Made by a program: the position numbers and the translations under genes. The notes under the pieces are model-generated. The model searched no databases, was not told the DNA's origin, and saw only the letters and a program-made list of their open reading frames with translations. From contig JAJZKQ010000001.1 of the NCBI GenBank assembly GCA_021804095.1, positions 17,993 to 81,992 of the forward strand: a stretch of DNA of 64,000 bases, read 5' to 3'. Source of the stretch: Candidatus Micrarchaeota archaeon. GTDB lineage: Archaea; Micrarchaeota; Micrarchaeia; Micrarchaeales; CABMGC01. Shown here one piece after another: positions 30,131 through 39,387 of the stretch; position 1 is the first letter of the stretch; the number at the start of each line of letters is the position of its first letter.

Positions 30131-30913
30131 ATGGAATACGAAGCTGTAGGAAGCTCGATGCAGATGTTGAATGTTAAGCTTGCTGGAGGAGAAAAGATAT
30201 ATGTGGATGGAAGCAAACTCGCAAGCAAGAGCGATAATGTAAAGATAGAGTCGAAACTTGGAGGAGGTACAGGATTCTTAAAAGGAGTAAGCATGATGTT
30301 TGCCGGATCTACTGCTTTTTTGCTAGAATGCAGCGCACAGGAAGATGGAATGGTATCACTTGCAGGAGTTATGCCAGGAAAGATAAAGGTAGTGGAACTT
30401 AAAGAGGGAGAATCCATCTTAGTGGAACATATGGCATTCCTTGCTACAAATGACCCTTCCAAGATAGACGTTAAAGGCTCATGGAAAGGCTTCTTTTCAG
30501 GTACGGGAGTGTTTCTAGAGAAGTTTACAGGCCCATGCACTGTGTTCCTGCATGTCTGCGGAGACATAGTAGAGTATGATCTTGCAGATGGCTCTGCTGT
30601 AGAGATTGATCCGGGACATATAGCTGCTTTTGGTGGCGATATGAGGATAGACTTCAGTGCTGTAGGAGGTTTAAAAACCGAGTTGACAGGAGGAGAAGGA
30701 TTTTGGATGGGAAAGATAACGGGTCCTGGCAATGTAATACTCCACAGTGTTTCTAGAACCAGGCTTAGGCAGAGCATAGCCCCAAGTTCAGGTAATAATT
30801 CAGGAGGAGGCGGAGCTCTTGCCGGAGGCTTGGCTGGAGCTGCTGCTGGAGGATTGATTGGAGCGCTTGGTGAAGCAGGAAAGAAAGGAGGCTTCGGAGG
30901 ATTTAAACTTTAA
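30131..30913 (+). CDS. AIM24/TIGR00266 family protein
   Basis: Repeated GG.G.F, IDPGHIAAF, GPG.V. Confidence 0.88.
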   Translation: MEYEAVGSSMQMLNVKLAGGEKIYVDGSKLASKSDNVKIESKLGGGTGFLKGVSMMFAGSTAFLLECSAQEDGMVSLAGVMPGKIKVVELKEGESILVEHMAFLATNDPSKIDVKGSWKGFFSGTGVFLEKFTGPCTVFLHVCGDIVEYDLADGSAVEIDPGHIAAFGGDMRIDFSAVGGLKTELTGGEGFWMGKITGPGNVILHSVSRTRLRQSIAPSSGNNSGGGGALAGGLAGAAAGGLIGALGEAGKKGGFGGFKL

Positions 30914-31307
30914 ACTGTTTTGAGCCTGTGTCTAATTATTGCCACAGGTTTATTTTTTTCTTTTTTACATGCATAGACATATTTAGAGGTCTAAAGTGCA
31001 TGGGCCTGGGTGTTGGTATATTTATGCGTAATCTCATCAGATTCCTTGAAAGATGTGAGGCATCTCTGCAGGCTGGCTGGTTTTTTTGAAGCATTAGGTA
31101 GATCCCTAACATGCAAAATTGTAGAAAAGATTTAAATATTAATCTTTTTAGATATAAGATTAGCGTGTAGAAATGCAGATGGCAACAATGCTGGGAATGT
31201 CCAAGTTTACCTATTTGCCAGTTATAGCCATAGCAATAATAAATAATACATGCAATCCTCATTCTTCTGCTGCTTGCATCGAATAAATTTCCTCGGGTGT
31301 TTTTTGA

Positions 31308-31679
31308 ATGCAAGTGGCTAAAACAATAGTTAGAACTGTTTCCGTTTCCCATCAGGATATCGAGGTAAAGGAGAAGGAGTCCGTAATACTTTATGAGATA
31401 GGACTGCAGGATATACCTACAGCGACCAGCTTTGTTGAATATCTTGCTGATCTTTATGGATGTTCTCAGAGCGGGATTTGGTATACACTCAAAAAACTCA
31501 AGGAAAAGGGATATGTTGATTTTACTGAAAGAGGGCGGGGGGAGGAATACAAACCCCTCTCATTAACTATGCGTGGGAGGGAATTTATTAGGAGGAATGT
31601 CAGTGAGCCCTATGTGAGGGCTCCTGACTTTCACCGGACAGTAGAGAGAACAGTAAGATATGAACAATCTTTCGTCTAA
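31308..31679 (+). CDS. wHTH transcriptional regulator
   Basis: SGIWYTLKKLKEKGYV...LTMRG. Confidence 0.7.
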   Translation: MQVAKTIVRTVSVSHQDIEVKEKESVILYEIGLQDIPTATSFVEYLADLYGCSQSGIWYTLKKLKEKGYVDFTERGRGEEYKPLSLTMRGREFIRRNVSEPYVRAPDFHRTVERTVRYEQSFV

Positions 31680-32272
31680 GATTTCCAGTCTTTGTCTATT
31701 TTTGAAAGCACTTTATCAAGCTTAAGCTTGAGTTCCTCTTTGGTTCCTGAATTGTCTATTACATAGTCGGCCTGTTTCATTATTACCAGCACGCCGTGCT
31801 TCTCTTCCTTTTTGTCAGGCATGAAACCGCGCTTTTCGCGTGTTTCAAGCCATCTGAAATCGTCTATGGTCTTCGGGTCTTCTGGCTTAGCGCGCTTCTT
31901 GAGCCTATTGAATCTGGTCTCGAATGGGGAGCGGACTGAGATTATGTCTACCTTGTCAACCTTCTTTTTTATATAATCCAGTTCGTATGTGCTCCTTAGG
32001 CCCATCAGGACTATGTGTTTCATGCTCTTCTTAATCTTTTTGACTGCATATTTTGAGTAGATGTCTTTTCCGTATTTTTCTCTAAGCCTTGCTGTGAATT
32101 CCCTTGTGGCTTTTGGGTCATTTAGCGGTATTTTGGCTTTTTTAAGCAGTTCCCTCCATATATCCCCATATTCTATGACGTCGAATTTTTCCTCCCTGAG
32201 CATCTCCGCTATTGTGCTTTTACCTGATCCGGGAAGGCCAACTACTATCAATATCATCCTATCACTCAACAA
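31676..32272 (-). CDS. P-loop kinase (dephospho-CoA kinase-like, UPF0200)
   Basis: GLPGSGKST, ADYVIDNSG. Confidence 0.8.
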   Translation of the reverse strand: MLSDRMILIVVGLPGSGKSTIAEMLREEKFDVIEYGDIWRELLKKAKIPLNDPKATREFTARLREKYGKDIYSKYAVKKIKKSMKHIVLMGLRSTYELDYIKKKVDKVDIISVRSPFETRFNRLKKRAKPEDPKTIDDFRWLETREKRGFMPDKKEEKHGVLVIMKQADYVIDNSGTKEELKLKLDKVLSKIDKDWKS

Positions 32273-32293
32273 TCTGTTTTAATGTTTCATACC

Positions 32294-32623
32294 TTACCTT
32301 ACAGCACTTCCCTCTTTCAATTCCTTGTCAGGAGTCAGTAGTGCTATTCCGTTTTCATCTTCTGCTGCCAATACCATCCCGTTTGACTCCACTCCTGCTA
32401 TTGTCTTGGGTTCAAGGTTTGTTATGCATATCACTTCCTTGTTCAAAAGCTGTTCTTTGGAGTAATGTGACTTTATTCCTGCAAGAATTATGCGCATGCC
32501 GATTTCAGGACCCATGTCAACTAAGAATTTATATATGGGCTTTCGGGCTTTGTCGACGTCCTCTACCATGAGAATCCTTCCGACTCTGAATTCAAGCTTT
32601 GCGAAGTCTTCAATTTTTGCCAT
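32294..32623 (-). CDS. CsaA/Trbp111 tRNA-binding OB protein
   Basis: DFAKLEFRVG, NLEPK, SNGMVL. Confidence 0.9.
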   Translation of the reverse strand: MAKIEDFAKLEFRVGRILMVEDVDKARKPIYKFLVDMGPEIGMRIILAGIKSHYSKEQLLNKEVICITNLEPKTIAGVESNGMVLAAEDENGIALLTPDKELKEGSAVR

Positions 32624-32778
32624 TATTAGAATATTGAGTAGAACTATTTATAAATGGGTTTACTTGGGTCGGATTTGGAGTATACAGATCAACAGTGTTT
32701 TTGCCTGTATGCAGAATAATCGGATTGGTTGAGAAGAGATATGTCCTCAGGCTGGTCTGCTCTTCCTTCTGCGTTCGT

Positions 32779-33396
32779 TTAAGAGTTATTTGGAGTTATC
32801 GGTACCTGTGGTTTTTGGATGGGAGAGCCTGACTGGAGTGGTGAGCCTGGAGGAGCCTGTGTTGCTATCAATTCTCCTGGACGGTATATCCTATTTTCAA
32901 GAAGCAGATTGTATACGCGGCCTGTATAAAGATCCATTATTATATGGCGCTTTTGATTTCCGAAAAGGTCTGTTTCTGCCAGCTTTCCTGGATGCATCGC
33001 CTTTGCAAGTGTCTCTAAAACAGTCAAGGATCCGGTCTGGGAGTTCTGGAGCCCTATGGCTCTTATCTCTATGTTGGGGTTTTTTATTTTTTTCCTCATT
33101 TTATATACGCTTTCCAGGTATTTTTCTGGCTGTGAAGAGGTTCTTATTGCAAGAACAGTTCTTGTGTTGACGTCGTAGAAAGATAGGAATATATCTGAGA
33201 TTATGTTTTTTGCTATTATATGGCTTCGGTCAAGGTTCCATTCTGCAATAATGGAGCTCTCCTCCTGAAGTTCATCTGAGAATTCCTTATAGCGCAGTAT
33301 TGAGGTATTCCACCGTTCGCCTGTCTTAAGCCAGAGTTGGCTGGAGCCGAATGATTTCGCGCCTTTTTTTCCAGTGTATGTCTTCCAGAAATCCAT
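32779..33396 (-). CDS. Hypothetical protein
   Basis: 205-aa ORF divergent from rpoD. Confidence 0.65.
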   Translation of the reverse strand: MDFWKTYTGKKGAKSFGSSQLWLKTGERWNTSILRYKEFSDELQEESSIIAEWNLDRSHIIAKNIISDIFLSFYDVNTRTVLAIRTSSQPEKYLESVYKMRKKIKNPNIEIRAIGLQNSQTGSLTVLETLAKAMHPGKLAETDLFGNQKRHIIMDLYTGRVYNLLLENRIYRPGELIATQAPPGSPLQSGSPIQKPQVPITPNNS

Positions 33397-33470
33397 ATGT
33401 CTTTCAAGAGTCGCAAATATTTATATATATTGTCAGGTAAAGTATATTCTACCCTTATTCCGGTTTTTGA

Positions 33471-34037
33471 ATGAAATTGACCATATTAGATGATTCACCA
33501 GGCGTGTTGAGGTTCAGGATAGATGAAACCAGTGTTAATTTTGTAAATGCGATAAGGAGAATAGCAACCAACAGCATAAAATCCATTGCAATAGACTCGA
33601 TAACGTTCTATGAAAATTCCAGTGCCATATTTGATGAATATATAGCGCACAGGATTGGGCTTGTTCCAATACTTACACCTGAAGGCTTTGGTGAGAAGGA
33701 TGAGGTAATTTTCAAGCTTGATGCTGAAGGCCCCGGCACAATCTATTCTGAAAAGCTTGAAAGCAATGACAAATCAGTCAAAGTTGCAAATGGAAAGATA
33801 CCGATAATTAAGCTTGCTGGAGGGCAGAAATTAAGATTGGAAGGAAAGGCCATAATGGGCTCGGGATCTTCTAGCGCAAAGTTCCAGCCTGGCCTCGTAA
33901 CATACAAGCAGCTGACCGATAGCTCCTTTGAGTTTTATATTGAATCTTTCGGGCAGATGCCTGCTCTGGAGATAATAGAGAAGACGCTAAGTATAATAAC
34001 CAACAATATCAAAGAGGTACACAAAGAACTTAAGTGA
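33471..34037 (+). CDS. rpoD: RNA polymerase subunit D (Rpo3)
   Basis: NAIRR, ENSSAIFDEYIAHRIGLVP. Confidence 0.95.
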   Translation: MKLTILDDSPGVLRFRIDETSVNFVNAIRRIATNSIKSIAIDSITFYENSSAIFDEYIAHRIGLVPILTPEGFGEKDEVIFKLDAEGPGTIYSEKLESNDKSVKVANGKIPIIKLAGGQKLRLEGKAIMGSGSSSAKFQPGLVTYKQLTDSSFEFYIESFGQMPALEIIEKTLSIITNNIKEVHKELK

Positions 34038-34041
34038 AGAC

Positions 34042-34128
34042 GCGGGGGTGGCAGAGCCTGGTCAAATGCGCTGGCTTGAGGGGTCAGTAGCTTTAGTGCT
34101 TGCGCGAGTTCGAATCTCGTCCCCCGCA
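34042..34128 (+). tRNA. tRNA-Leu(GAG)
   Basis: Cloverleaf with long variable arm, loop TTGAGGG. Confidence 0.95.
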
Positions 34129-34158
34129 TAGAAAGAGATATTTATTTCAGATGAGAAA

Positions 34159-34497
34159 ATGGAAAAGAACAGTATAAAGAGATTGATAGAGAATCTTGAA
34201 AAGATAGACAAGAAGGCGAAGAACGCCAAGCTTGCCTTGAAGGTAATTAAGATAGCTGGGCTTCCTAGGAGAAGGCGGATATCGATAAACCTGGAGGAGC
34301 TTAATGAGCTGGCAAAGCCTGGAGAGAATATAATAGTTCCTGGAAAAGTTTTAGGCACAGGGAATGTAGATAAAGCATTTGGTATAGCAGCTATTGAGCT
34401 TTCTGGAAGCTCTGAGAAAAAGCTCAAGGAGGCAGGGTGTACCCTTATAAGCATAGAAGAAATGCTTAAGAAGGAGAATGCTAGACTTTTAGTCTGA
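34159..34497 (+). CDS. rpl18e: Ribosomal protein eL18
   Basis: VPGKVLGTG; operon context. Confidence 0.93.
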   Translation: MEKNSIKRLIENLEKIDKKAKNAKLALKVIKIAGLPRRRRISINLEELNELAKPGENIIVPGKVLGTGNVDKAFGIAAIELSGSSEKKLKEAGCTLISIEEMLKKENARLLV

Positions 34498-34508
34498 AAG
34501 GTGAAGAA

Positions 34509-34946
34509 ATGAAATACTTGATAGATGGAGAAGATGCAATACTTGGGAGAGTAGGAAGTAAGGTAGCCAAGCTCCTGATAGAGGGTAATGAAGTGGCTCT
34601 TATAAATGCGGAAAGGATAAGGATAACAGGACATATACCTGACCTTGCCATGAAATATAAGAGATTGATAGAGTTGAAAGACAGAGCCAATCCTGAACAT
34701 TCCCCTTTTTACTCTAGAAGGCCTGACCTCTTTGTAAAGAGAAGCATAAGAGGGATGCTGCCATACAAGCAGCCTAAGGGAAAGGAAGCATACAAGCTTC
34801 TTAAAGTCTATATGGGAGATGCGAAAGATATAAAAGAGGCAAAAACATATACTATAAAGGATGTCAAAGCCAAGAAAGCCGGAGACGCTTTTGAGAACTC
34901 GGTTTCAGTTCTTGAGCTGGTTGAGAAATTAGGATATAAGAAATGA
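34509..34946 (+). CDS. rpl13: Ribosomal protein uL13
   Basis: ILGRVGS, INAE, IRGMLP. Confidence 0.95.
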   Translation: MKYLIDGEDAILGRVGSKVAKLLIEGNEVALINAERIRITGHIPDLAMKYKRLIELKDRANPEHSPFYSRRPDLFVKRSIRGMLPYKQPKGKEAYKLLKVYMGDAKDIKEAKTYTIKDVKAKKAGDAFENSVSVLELVEKLGYKK

Positions 34947-35515
34947 TTAATATGGCAGAGCAGACGCAAAATAAGAAAGGGACTGCAGATTTGGAAAAGG
35001 AGATAAGTGAGTTCAACGAGAGCTATGCCAAATCATCCAAAAAGGCAAAGCCTGCGCAGAGGAGAACAGCTCCGGCAGCGCAGAAGAAGACACAGAGAAA
35101 GTCCAAGAAGGAAACCATAGTATCGAGAGGAAAGAGGAAGAGGGCGATTGCCAGGGCAAGCATGAGTAGCGGCAGTGGCAGAATCACAGTCAACGGAGTA
35201 AGTGCTGAGCTCATAAAACCAAAGGAGATAAGAGACCTTATACTTGAGCCTATAATCATTTCGAAGAAAGTGAGCAGCCTTATGAAGAATTATGACGTAA
35301 AAATTAATGTTTATGGTGGAGGAATTATGGGACAGGCGCAGGCTTCAAGGACCGCTCTCGCAAACGCAATAGTAGAGACAACCCATGATGAAGGACTAAG
35401 CAAAGCCTACATGATATACGACAGAAGCATACTTGTGGAAGACCATAGAAGAGTTGAGCCTAAGAAATTTGGAGGACCTAAGGCTCGTGCAAGAAACCAG
35501 ACCTCATACAGATGA
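34943..35515 (+). CDS. rps9: Ribosomal protein uS9 with N-terminal extension
   Basis: GKRKRAIA, EPKKFGGPKARARNQTSYR. Confidence 0.95.
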   Translation: MINMAEQTQNKKGTADLEKEISEFNESYAKSSKKAKPAQRRTAPAAQKKTQRKSKKETIVSRGKRKRAIARASMSSGSGRITVNGVSAELIKPKEIRDLILEPIIISKKVSSLMKNYDVKINVYGGGIMGQAQASRTALANAIVETTHDEGLSKAYMIYDRSILVEDHRRVEPKKFGGPKARARNQTSYR

Positions 35516-35524
35516 TGTGATAGA

Positions 35525-35725
35525 ATGATGATACCAGTAAGATGTTTCTCATGCGGTCAGGTAATAGCTGACAAGTGGGAGGAGTACGACAGAAGAGTGA
35601 ATAAAGGAAAGGAAGATCCCAAAAAAGTCATCGCAGACCTTGGCATAAAGAGATACTGCTGCAGCAGAATGCTCATAGGAAACATCGAGCTTATTGATGA
35701 GATAATAAACTACGGAAGGAAGTAA
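35525..35725 (+). CDS. rpoN: RNA polymerase subunit N (Rpo10)
   Basis: [13 protein letters not shown]. Confidence 0.96.
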   Translation: MMIPVRCFSCGQVIADKWEEYDRRVNKGKEDPKKVIADLGIKRYCCSRMLIGNIELIDEIINYGRK

Positions 35726-35821
35726 TGCTTTGGATAATGCTGTGCCAGGTTATAATTTTAGGCGGTATGGAGCGGCATATAGGAAAGTATATATAAGGAT
35801 AAAGACAAATGTTTTAAGCGC

Positions 35822-35913
35822 GGGGTCGTCTGCTAGTCTGGTCAGGCTCTGTGCTTAGGGAGCACATGACCCGAGTTCAAATGGCATGATGCCTGAAAGT
35901 CTCGGCGACCCCG
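35822..35913 (+). tRNA. tRNA-Pro(AGG) with 18-nt intron at 59/60 (35882-35899)
   Basis: Acceptor GGGGTCG/CGACCCC, anticodon arm TGTGC-TTAGGGA-GCACA, T-stem CCGAG/CTCGG, perfect BHB; BRE/TATA at ~35783-35796. Confidence 0.88.
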
Positions 35914-35930
35914 AATTAAGGAATGGTTTT

Positions 35931-36557
35931 ATGGCAACACAAGAGGAACAGAATTCGTTAATAGATCAATCAACATATCTGGATGTAGGAATACATATAG
36001 GCACAAAGGTAAAGACTCCGGGAATGAAGAGATTCATATATAAAGTAAGGGAAGACAGCCTCTACCTTCTTGATCTTAATACCATAGACAATAGGATAAG
36101 GATAGCCGCAAAGATGCTTGCAAGATATGAGCCAAAGGACATAGTAGTAACAGCATCGAGGATATATTCGGTTTCTGCAGCTACAAAATTTGCAGAGATA
36201 GTAGGTGCAAAGCTTATGACAGGCAGAGTAATGCCTGGCGTATTCACAAACCCTAACAGGAGCGACTTTTCCGAGCCTGAGATACTTTTGATAAGCGATA
36301 ATAGAAACGAGAGGCAGGCAGTTAAAGAAGCAAACAAGACAAATATACCGATCATAGCTTTGTGCGACACAGATAACTGGATGAAGTTTGTAGACCTCGT
36401 TATACCTTGCAACAACAAGGGAAGAAGGTCTCTTGCGCTTATCTACTATCTTCTTTCAAGGGAATTCATGAAGGAGAAAGGATTAATAAAGACCAATGAA
36501 GAATTCCAATATAAGATCTCGGATTTCGAAGCGAAAGTAGAGATGAAGGCAAAATAG
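35931..36557 (+). CDS. rps2: Ribosomal protein uS2
   Basis: GIHIGT, PGVFTNP, IPCNNKG. Confidence 0.96.
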   Translation: MATQEEQNSLIDQSTYLDVGIHIGTKVKTPGMKRFIYKVREDSLYLLDLNTIDNRIRIAAKMLARYEPKDIVVTASRIYSVSAATKFAEIVGAKLMTGRVMPGVFTNPNRSDFSEPEILLISDNRNERQAVKEANKTNIPIIALCDTDNWMKFVDLVIPCNNKGRRSLALIYYLLSREFMKEKGLIKTNEEFQYKISDFEAKVEMKAK

Positions 36558-36558
36558 A

Positions 36559-37104
36559 ATGTCGTTGATTGGAGGCACTAACAGGAAGCGTCTGCAGGTT
36601 GCAGTCGACTTTATGTCTTCTTATGGAGTTGCAATATTAATAATGGCAGTAGCGATAGGCATAGCCTACATACTAAGCTCTGGAGTGACGAATGCCTTTG
36701 CGCCTGAATGTATTCCTTCGCCTGGATTCTCATGTGGATACTTCAGCATGGCAGATAATGGCTCCCTGATAATACAGGTATCGCAAGCCACAGGATCTGC
36801 AATAACAGTCAACGGAATTGCATGTTCCACTCTTTCTGGGCTTAATGGCCTTCCTAAATATGGAAACCTGTATGTGAATTCAAATTCAATGTATTATCCT
36901 GAGGGATTCACACCTCCTGCAAATATACCAAGCGGAGGGAGCTTTACTTTCTTCCTGTACTGCTACGGGCCCAAAGGACTATCGAGATTTTCAAAAGCAG
37001 GAAGCACATTTGTAGGGTATATCTGGATGAATTATACACTATACAATACAAAAATAAATACAACACAGCAGATTGCCAGCATACAATTGCAGACAACAGG
37101 TTGA
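36559..37104 (+). CDS. Class III signal peptide (pilin-like) protein
   Basis: RKRLQVAVDFMSSYGVAILI; Cys pairs. Confidence 0.7.
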   Translation: MSLIGGTNRKRLQVAVDFMSSYGVAILIMAVAIGIAYILSSGVTNAFAPECIPSPGFSCGYFSMADNGSLIIQVSQATGSAITVNGIACSTLSGLNGLPKYGNLYVNSNSMYYPEGFTPPANIPSGGSFTFFLYCYGPKGLSRFSKAGSTFVGYIWMNYTLYNTKINTTQQIASIQLQTTG

Positions 37105-37188
37105 AAATTGTATAATCTCAGAGAGGAAAGTTTACCCCTCAGTATATAAATTTTTCCTCTGTTAATATAGCGACAGAATGGTGTATTT

Positions 37189-37422
37189 ATGGCTACGAAT
37201 CATGACAGACCTTTCGATCTTCTTAACAAATCGATAGGGCAGCAGGTACTTATAAGATTAAAGAACGGAACAGACTTGAGGGGGAAGGTCCAGTCTTTTG
37301 ATGTTCATATGAACATTGTTCTTGAGAATTGCGAAGAGCTTGATGAAAGCGGAAGTGCAAGGGCAAAACTCGGAGTCATACTTCTCAGAGGAGGAAACAT
37401 ACTATTCCTATCGCCGGCATGA
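37189..37422 (+). CDS. Sm-like (Lsm) protein
   Basis: FDVHMNIVL, LRGGN. Confidence 0.93.
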   Translation: MATNHDRPFDLLNKSIGQQVLIRLKNGTDLRGKVQSFDVHMNIVLENCEELDESGSARAKLGVILLRGGNILFLSPA

Positions 37423-37462
37423 AAAGGTATTTCTGTCTTTGCGGTTAATACTACTTACAGAT

Positions 37463-37567
37463 GGGCTTGTAGCGCAACGGCAGCGCGCCTGCATGGCATG
37501 CAGGAGGTTGCGGGTTCAAAAAAAACCTTCCCGTATTGAGAGGTTTATGGAATTCCCGCCAAGTCCA
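37463..37567 (+). tRNA. tRNA-Ala(GGC) with 33-nt intron at 59/60 (37521-37553)
   Basis: G3:U70, loop ATGGCAT, TTCA/TGGA helix with bulges (relaxed BHB). Confidence 0.9.
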
Positions 37568-37568
37568 T

Positions 37569-38042
37569 CTATTTATCTGTTCTTTTCCGCGTATAGATTA
37601 TTCTTGTAAATTTTTTATGTATTTCAGGCTTTTCCGCAATCCAATCTTTTTTATTGAAATCGGGGAAGAATGTATCACCCATGTATCTGCCTTTTACATA
37701 TGATAGATACATTTTGTCTGCAATGCCGATGGCCTGGGAGAAGATCTCTCCGCCGCCTATTACGAATATCTCTTTATCTTTGGACTTCTCAGCCGCTTTT
37801 ATGGCCATATCTAGACTTTTGTATATTTCTATGCCTGGCCTTTTTTTGAGGCTTCGGCTTATTACAATATTTCTGCGATTTTTCAAGATCCCGGTATCAA
37901 GAAAGGTCCTCTTTCCCATTATTATTGTGTGTCCTAATGTGAGTTTCTTGAATAGCGCTGTTTCTTCTGGAATATTCCATGGTAACTTACCGTCTTTCCC
38001 TATTACCAGGTCTTTTGAGACTGCGGCAACCAGTGATATCAT
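37569..38042 (-). CDS. folA: Dihydrofolate reductase
   Basis: IG.DG.LPW, IIMGKRT, VIGGGEI, GDTFFP. Confidence 0.95.
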   Translation of the reverse strand: MISLVAAVSKDLVIGKDGKLPWNIPEETALFKKLTLGHTIIMGKRTFLDTGILKNRRNIVISRSLKKRPGIEIYKSLDMAIKAAEKSKDKEIFVIGGGEIFSQAIGIADKMYLSYVKGRYMGDTFFPDFNKKDWIAEKPEIHKKFTRIIYTRKRTDK

Positions 38043-38362
38043 CAGATCATCGAGGAGCCTAGCCATGCCAGATATTCGGTGCTTGCCATTCCTATATTAA
38101 AAGAAATTATCTCGGGAAGCTCATACTTGTGTGTTTTCTTTAGCTCCTCTTCAATTTTTTTGTATTTGGAATTTTTTGTCTTTATGATACATATCCATTC
38201 TCTTGAGATGTGTGGTTTCCCTTTCCATGTATAATAGCTTTTTACAGGTCCCGTTACCTTTGTACATCCCGCAAGACGTTTTTCCATAATAAGCTTGGCC
38301 ATTCTTTCCGCTTCTTTTTTGCTGTCAACAGAAGTCATTATAATGATAAAGCCTTTTCCCAT
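38042..38362 (-). CDS. cutA: Divalent cation tolerance protein
   Basis: RLAGC, Y.WKG, H.YELPEI. Confidence 0.93.
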   Translation of the reverse strand: MGKGFIIIMTSVDSKKEAERMAKLIMEKRLAGCTKVTGPVKSYYTWKGKPHISREWICIIKTKNSKYKKIEEELKKTHKYELPEIISFNIGMASTEYLAWLGSSMI

Positions 38363-38409
38363 GGTATCTAGTTATTTATTGCTTTAATTCCTATATTTGT
38401 TGCGGTAAG

Positions 38410-39384
38410 ATGATAGTTTTAGGGATGGAGAGCAGCGCACATACCTTCGGCGTTGGCATAGTAGATAACGGAAAGGTGCTTGCGAATGAAAAAGCCATGT
38501 ACAGGATAGGCACTGCAGGAATGATACCGGGAGAGGTGGCTAGATTCCATGCTGAAAATGCCGCAGAGGTATTAGGCATGGCTCTGGAGAAGGCAGGAAT
38601 AAGCAATAATGAAATAGAAGGGATAGGATATACAATGGGGCCTGGGCTTGGACCATGTCTTGAGGTTGCACAGCTATCCGCAAAGACAGTAGCTAAGAAG
38701 CTGGGGGTGCCTATAGTTCCTGTAAACCATTGCGCTGCACATGCGGAGATAGCCAGGCATTTCGGAAGGCTTGCCGATCCGATAATGCTATATGTAAGCG
38801 GAGGGAACTCGCAGATACTTGTTCTTGAGGAGAGGCCGTATTTGCATTATGTTGTGCTAGGCGAGACTTTCGATATAGGAGTAGGAAACATGCTTGACTC
38901 TTTTGCCAGGAAGCTCAAGCTTGAGCCGGCTTGGGGGTCAAGCATAGAAAAACATTCGCAGGGAGGTAGATATATTGAACTTCCATATACGGTAAAGGGA
39001 ATGGATTTTTCGTTTACAGGCCTGGCAACAAGAGCCACTGAGCTCATTGGAGAGGAAAGGCTTTCAGACCTCTGTTTTTCAATACAGGAAACTGCTTTTT
39101 CGGCATTATGTGAGGCTACTGAGAGGGCGATGCTTCTTAAGAATAAGAGAGAGATAGGAATTTGCGGAGGCGTTGCCCAGAATAGAAAATTAAGGGAGAT
39201 GCTCGAGGAAGTGGGAAGAGAACATGATGCAAAATTTGGATTTGCTCCTGACGAATTCAATGCGGATAATGGAGGGATGGTAGCATATCTTGCAGAGCGT
39301 ATGATAGGATCTGGGATAAAAAGCAGGCTTGAGGATTGCGGGATCAGGCAGAAATACAGGGTTGATACAGCAAGATTGGGATGA
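38410..39384 (+). CDS. kae1: KEOPS t6A transferase Kae1
   Basis: ESSAHT, GPGLGPCL, NHCAAHAE, DNGGM. Confidence 0.95.
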   Translation: MIVLGMESSAHTFGVGIVDNGKVLANEKAMYRIGTAGMIPGEVARFHAENAAEVLGMALEKAGISNNEIEGIGYTMGPGLGPCLEVAQLSAKTVAKKLGVPIVPVNHCAAHAEIARHFGRLADPIMLYVSGGNSQILVLEERPYLHYVVLGETFDIGVGNMLDSFARKLKLEPAWGSSIEKHSQGGRYIELPYTVKGMDFSFTGLATRATELIGEERLSDLCFSIQETAFSALCEATERAMLLKNKREIGICGGVAQNRKLREMLEEVGREHDAKFGFAPDEFNADNGGMVAYLAERMIGSGIKSRLEDCGIRQKYRVDTARLG

Positions 39385-39387
39385 TGT

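Noticed and set aside
35886..35930. Upstream ATG for rps2
   Set aside because: Lies inside the tRNA-Pro intron; 35931 preferred
37123..37140. GAGGAAAGT as RNase P RNA P4
   Set aside because: No room, no GC-rich structure and no 3' partner
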